Program-made: the position numbers and the translations under genes
Assembly (NCBI GenBank): GCA_963805975.1
Contig: CAWDVR010000003.1
Coordinates: 736,001-800,000 of the forward strand
DNA from: an uncultured Acidobacteriota bacterium
GTDB lineage: Bacteria; Acidobacteriota; Thermoanaerobaculia; Multivoradales; SZUA-115
Direction of reading: 5' to 3'
DNA length: 64,000 bases
The notes under the pieces: model-generated
Seen by the model: the letters and a program-made list of their open reading frames with translations, nothing else
Told to the model about the DNA's origin: nothing
The model's database searches: none
Shown: one piece after another, positions 60,967 through 64,000 of the stretch
How positions within the stretch are numbered: the first letter of the stretch is position 1
How the letters are laid out: the number at the start of each line of letters is the position of its first letter

Positions 60967-61243
60967 GGTGCGCTCTCCTTGTACCAGCGAGGTCCGATGA
61001 GGATCTCGGAGTCGCCGCCAGTGGGCGGACCTCGCGGTTGAGCCGGCGGTGCGCGTTCTGTCGCGCCCTCCAGACGCGTAGACCGCCGTGGCTCGGGCTC
61101 ACGGGTGGGGAGAGACCCCTCCTTGGGCAGGGTCGACCCCTGACGGCCGGCTGGCGAGGGTCGGCCCTTCGGGCGTGGCGGGCACACGGGCCGGGCGCCG
61201 AGACTGCACGGCGTACCGAACCGGGCAACCCAGGAGGTCCGTC

Positions 61244-63868
61244 GTGAAGGAGATCTTTCGTCGTATCCGCTCGCAGGCGGTCATCACCCTGGCGGCGCTG
61301 GCCACCACGACCGTGGCGGCGTCACCTGTCGAGAGCCAGAGCATCACTCCCCGCACCACCGGCGGAGGCGGGCCGGGCACGAGCTGCACCTGCTACGTGG
61401 ACGGCTTCCAGACCGAGTGCCCGATGATAGACACCACGGGCTTTCCCCAGGCCGATTGCGGCTACCTGGGCGACGAGATCGGGGGAGGGGGCGGCGCGCC
61501 GGGCCCGGACGATTTCCCGCCCGACCTCACCCCGCTCGGCAGGTTCTTCTTCTTCGGCCGGCCGTCGGGGGGAGGCTCCTGTGTGCCCGCCACCACCTTC
61601 GAGCCCGGCGACCCGTACTGCGCACAGATCGTGATGATCAATCAGGGGGGCCTCGACACCTCGGGCGATCAGTACGAGGGCCTCGTCATCGACCAGGGCG
61701 GATCGAAAGTGGTGCCGGGTGTCGTGGTGCGGATCTTTCTCCAACCCACCGGCAGCGGGCTCGGGCAGGTGGACCTCGGCCAGGAGACGATCGATTTCCC
61801 CCTCGTACCGAGGACCGGCCTGGAGGCTCCCACTCCCGTGCTGCTGAACGTCGCTGGCCAGCTCCCGCCCGCGACGCCGCCGGGCGGCTACCGGCTGGGC
61901 GCCACGGTCGACGTCACCGACGTGCTGCCGGAGGTCGGCGGGGACAACAACAGCAAGCAGGCCGATCCGGACGAGGCGATCACCGTTGCCGGCGAAGGCC
62001 CCGATCTCGCTTCCGTTTCCGGCTCCGGGGCCGTGACCGGCTTCGGCAAAGCCGGCGGCGCTCCCACCCTCGGCCAGTCGTACCGGGTCACCTCGCGGGT
62101 GCGCAACGAAGGCAGCGCACCGATCAGCGGCACCTTCGAGGTCACCTATGTGGCGACTGTGGCCGGGGGTGACGAGCTGGCGGTGGGAGTCCGCCTCGGG
62201 CGGCAGAGCTTCACGCTCGAGGGCCTCGAGCCGCAGGCGGTCCGCACCGTGACCTTCAACAGCGCCGCCGGCTTGCGCGGTCTCCAACCCAAGGTGCGCT
62301 ACGAGCTGCGGGCGACGCTCGATCGCGGGTCGGAAACGCTCGAAGAGCGGCGGCTCATCGGCACCTTCACCGTGGCCGCCTCCGGCTCGACCTGCAACTC
62401 GCTGGTCCTCGACGCCAAGGTGGACGGGGTGGGGAGGAAGGTCAAGCACGTCGGCCAGCCCTTCACCTTCAGCGCCGAGGTCTCCCCGCCGCAATGCGCC
62501 AACCTGCCTCTCCACTTCAGCTGGAACTTCGGCGACGGCGGCTCGGCGTCGGGCCAGACCGCGACCCACACCTACTCGACGCCCGGCTCCCGCACCGCCA
62601 CGGTGAGCGTGAGCTGCTTCAAATGCCCCTTCCCCGGCAAGACGACCTCGACCGGGGTGACGGCAGTGCCTTTCGATTTCGAGATCGCCAAGCCCAGCGG
62701 CGATCCTGCAACCGCCGGCGTCGCGGGCATCAACCAGATCACGTTCAGCGGCGCGGACGGGCAGGCGGTGATCGCCGTCGAGGCGACGATTGACCCCGCC
62801 TCGGCCGGCGTGGACGCAGCCAAGCTCCTGCGCTGGTCGCTGATCCGCCGGCGGGGCGCCTTCGTCATCCGCGCCACGCCTCCCGGCACCACCTCCAACC
62901 TATGGGCGAGCGCCGATCCCACCAGCAAGCTGGGCCTCGGTCTCACCAACACGCTGACCCTTCGCGGCTACCCCGCCGAGAACGGCGATTTCGGTCCCTG
63001 GGAGGTCCGGCTGACGGTCGAGCAGGGCGGGGTCTCGGTCCACCGGCAGACGCCGGTCGAGCTGTTCTTCGAACGCAATCGGGTAGCGGACGGCCACACG
63101 GCGCCAAACTGGTTCCGCTACTGGCTTGAGGCCTACCGCAAGGGCCACGGCGACGAGCCGCGGCACTCCCGCTACGGTGGCTCACGGCCCGGCGTCGCCG
63201 GGTCCACCCCCGCGTTGGAGAGCTGGAGCTATCAGCAGGTCCTGACGGCCACCGACAAGCTGCGGATCGTGGTCTACGACGACGCGGCGACCGAGCTGCC
63301 CACGCTCTACTGCCCGGGCGCGCACAACCTCAAGGGGATCGAGCATCTCTTCGCGACCCTCGACCACGAGCGGCGCCACCTCGAGCAGATCCGCGTCTGC
63401 GACGCCCAGCTCTGGCGGGAGAACGGCTTCCCGCTGAGCCCCGTCGGCAGCTCTGCCTTTGTCAATGGCTGGTCGTGGGACACGGTACCGATCAACCATT
63501 TCGCGGTGGGACCGAACTCGGTTGCCGGCGCGGCAGGCGATGACGACGGCGACGGGGTCGCCGACCCGACGGGGCTCTTCGGGGCCAACCGGCGTGACTT
63601 CCTCGACGAGCTCGGCTGCCCCGCTACGGACGACGTCCAGCTCTTCGACGCTTCCAATTGGGACTGGTGCACCGATCTGGGAAATCCGCCGGTGGGAGCC
63701 GTGGCACGGCCCGCTCCGCTCTTGTGCCCTCAGCGCGTGCCGCCGCCACCGCCGCCTCCGACCTTCCCGGTGACGGACGCCATCGAGATCGACGCCTGCA
63801 ACCACGAGCAGGCTTCCTATCCCGCGGCCGTCAAAGCGGACTGGGCCAACCCAGGCCGGCAGCACTAA
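61244..63868 (+). CDS. Large secreted protein with Ig-like/CARDB and PKD domains and a C-terminal HExxH motif
   Basis: AGGAGG RBS, signal peptide, PEVGGDNN, FSWNFGDG...HTY..PG, DHERRH. Confidence 0.75.
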   Translation: MKEIFRRIRSQAVITLAALATTTVAASPVESQSITPRTTGGGGPGTSCTCYVDGFQTECPMIDTTGFPQADCGYLGDEIGGGGGAPGPDDFPPDLTPLGRFFFFGRPSGGGSCVPATTFEPGDPYCAQIVMINQGGLDTSGDQYEGLVIDQGGSKVVPGVVVRIFLQPTGSGLGQVDLGQETIDFPLVPRTGLEAPTPVLLNVAGQLPPATPPGGYRLGATVDVTDVLPEVGGDNNSKQADPDEAITVAGEGPDLASVSGSGAVTGFGKAGGAPTLGQSYRVTSRVRNEGSAPISGTFEVTYVATVAGGDELAVGVRLGRQSFTLEGLEPQAVRTVTFNSAAGLRGLQPKVRYELRATLDRGSETLEERRLIGTFTVAASGSTCNSLVLDAKVDGVGRKVKHVGQPFTFSAEVSPPQCANLPLHFSWNFGDGGSASGQTATHTYSTPGSRTATVSVSCFKCPFPGKTTSTGVTAVPFDFEIAKPSGDPATAGVAGINQITFSGADGQAVIAVEATIDPASAGVDAAKLLRWSLIRRRGAFVIRATPPGTTSNLWASADPTSKLGLGLTNTLTLRGYPAENGDFGPWEVRLTVEQGGVSVHRQTPVELFFERNRVADGHTAPNWFRYWLEAYRKGHGDEPRHSRYGGSRPGVAGSTPALESWSYQQVLTATDKLRIVVYDDAATELPTLYCPGAHNLKGIEHLFATLDHERRHLEQIRVCDAQLWRENGFPLSPVGSSAFVNGWSWDTVPINHFAVGPNSVAGAAGDDDGDGVADPTGLFGANRRDFLDELGCPATDDVQLFDASNWDWCTDLGNPPVGAVARPAPLLCPQRVPPPPPPPTFPVTDAIEIDACNHEQASYPAAVKADWANPGRQH

Positions 63869-63880
63869 TCCACTGAATCC

Positions 63881-63914
63881 TTGGAATGGCACCGCATCCG
63901 CGGTGCCATTCCAA
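63881..63914. terminator. Strong hairpin after the last CDS
   Basis: TTGGAATGGCACCGC-ATCC-GCGGTGCCATTCCAA, 15-bp perfect stem without a U-tract. Confidence 0.55.
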
Positions 63915-64000
63915 AGCCAATCCTGCCCCAAGCGCTCGCCACCGCAACGAAAGGCTCCGACTGCGCGGGAAACACCAGCTACAGGAAATGCATGCTTGAC

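Overview
High-GC bacterial chromosome segment, most likely Acidobacteriota (Thermoanaerobaculia-like; inferred from a C-terminal IFxDGFESGD motif, an LPxTA-tailed protein and the gene content). No rRNA, tRNA, CRISPR array, transposase or integrase was seen. In order along the window: (1) the 3' part of a translationally coupled operon (SBP-OmpA fusion, ABC permease and ATPase, 2TM coiled-coil protein, tandem-domain AAA+ ATPase); (2) a small defence-like islet (ParE-type toxin-antitoxin pair plus a frameshifted HD-CE/HSP90-like gene); (3) DUF2891, secreted and membrane hypotheticals, a UbiB kinase, an aldo/keto reductase and olsBA-like ornithine-lipid genes; (4) a 2-oxoacid dehydrogenase operon plus lipB, then an apparent duplication and reciprocal decay of a lipB-archease unit around an inserted membrane-protein gene; (5) a GAF histidine kinase, NarL regulator and cNMP-TrxB module; (6) a sigma54 locus in which an enhancer-binding protein is divergent from a coiled-coil lipoprotein, two L,D-transpeptidases and a pseudo-LDT, with further consensus sigma54 promoters driving an LPxTA protein, a glycine-zipper protein and a 45-aa membrane protein absent from the ORF track; (7) kup, dedA, hppA, TPR-TonB-ExbB-ExbD-ExbD, a cluster of amino-acid transporters, yefM-yoeB and cstA; (8) large secreted proteins (beta-propeller/pseudo-esterase, S8 protease flanked by a duplicated domain, PKD/HExxH protein). 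Best candidates for undescribed biology are the sigma54 lipoprotein/LDT envelope module with its shared 5'-leader hairpin and the SBP-OmpA/ABC/AAA operon. All family calls come from motif recognition by eye; no searches were run.
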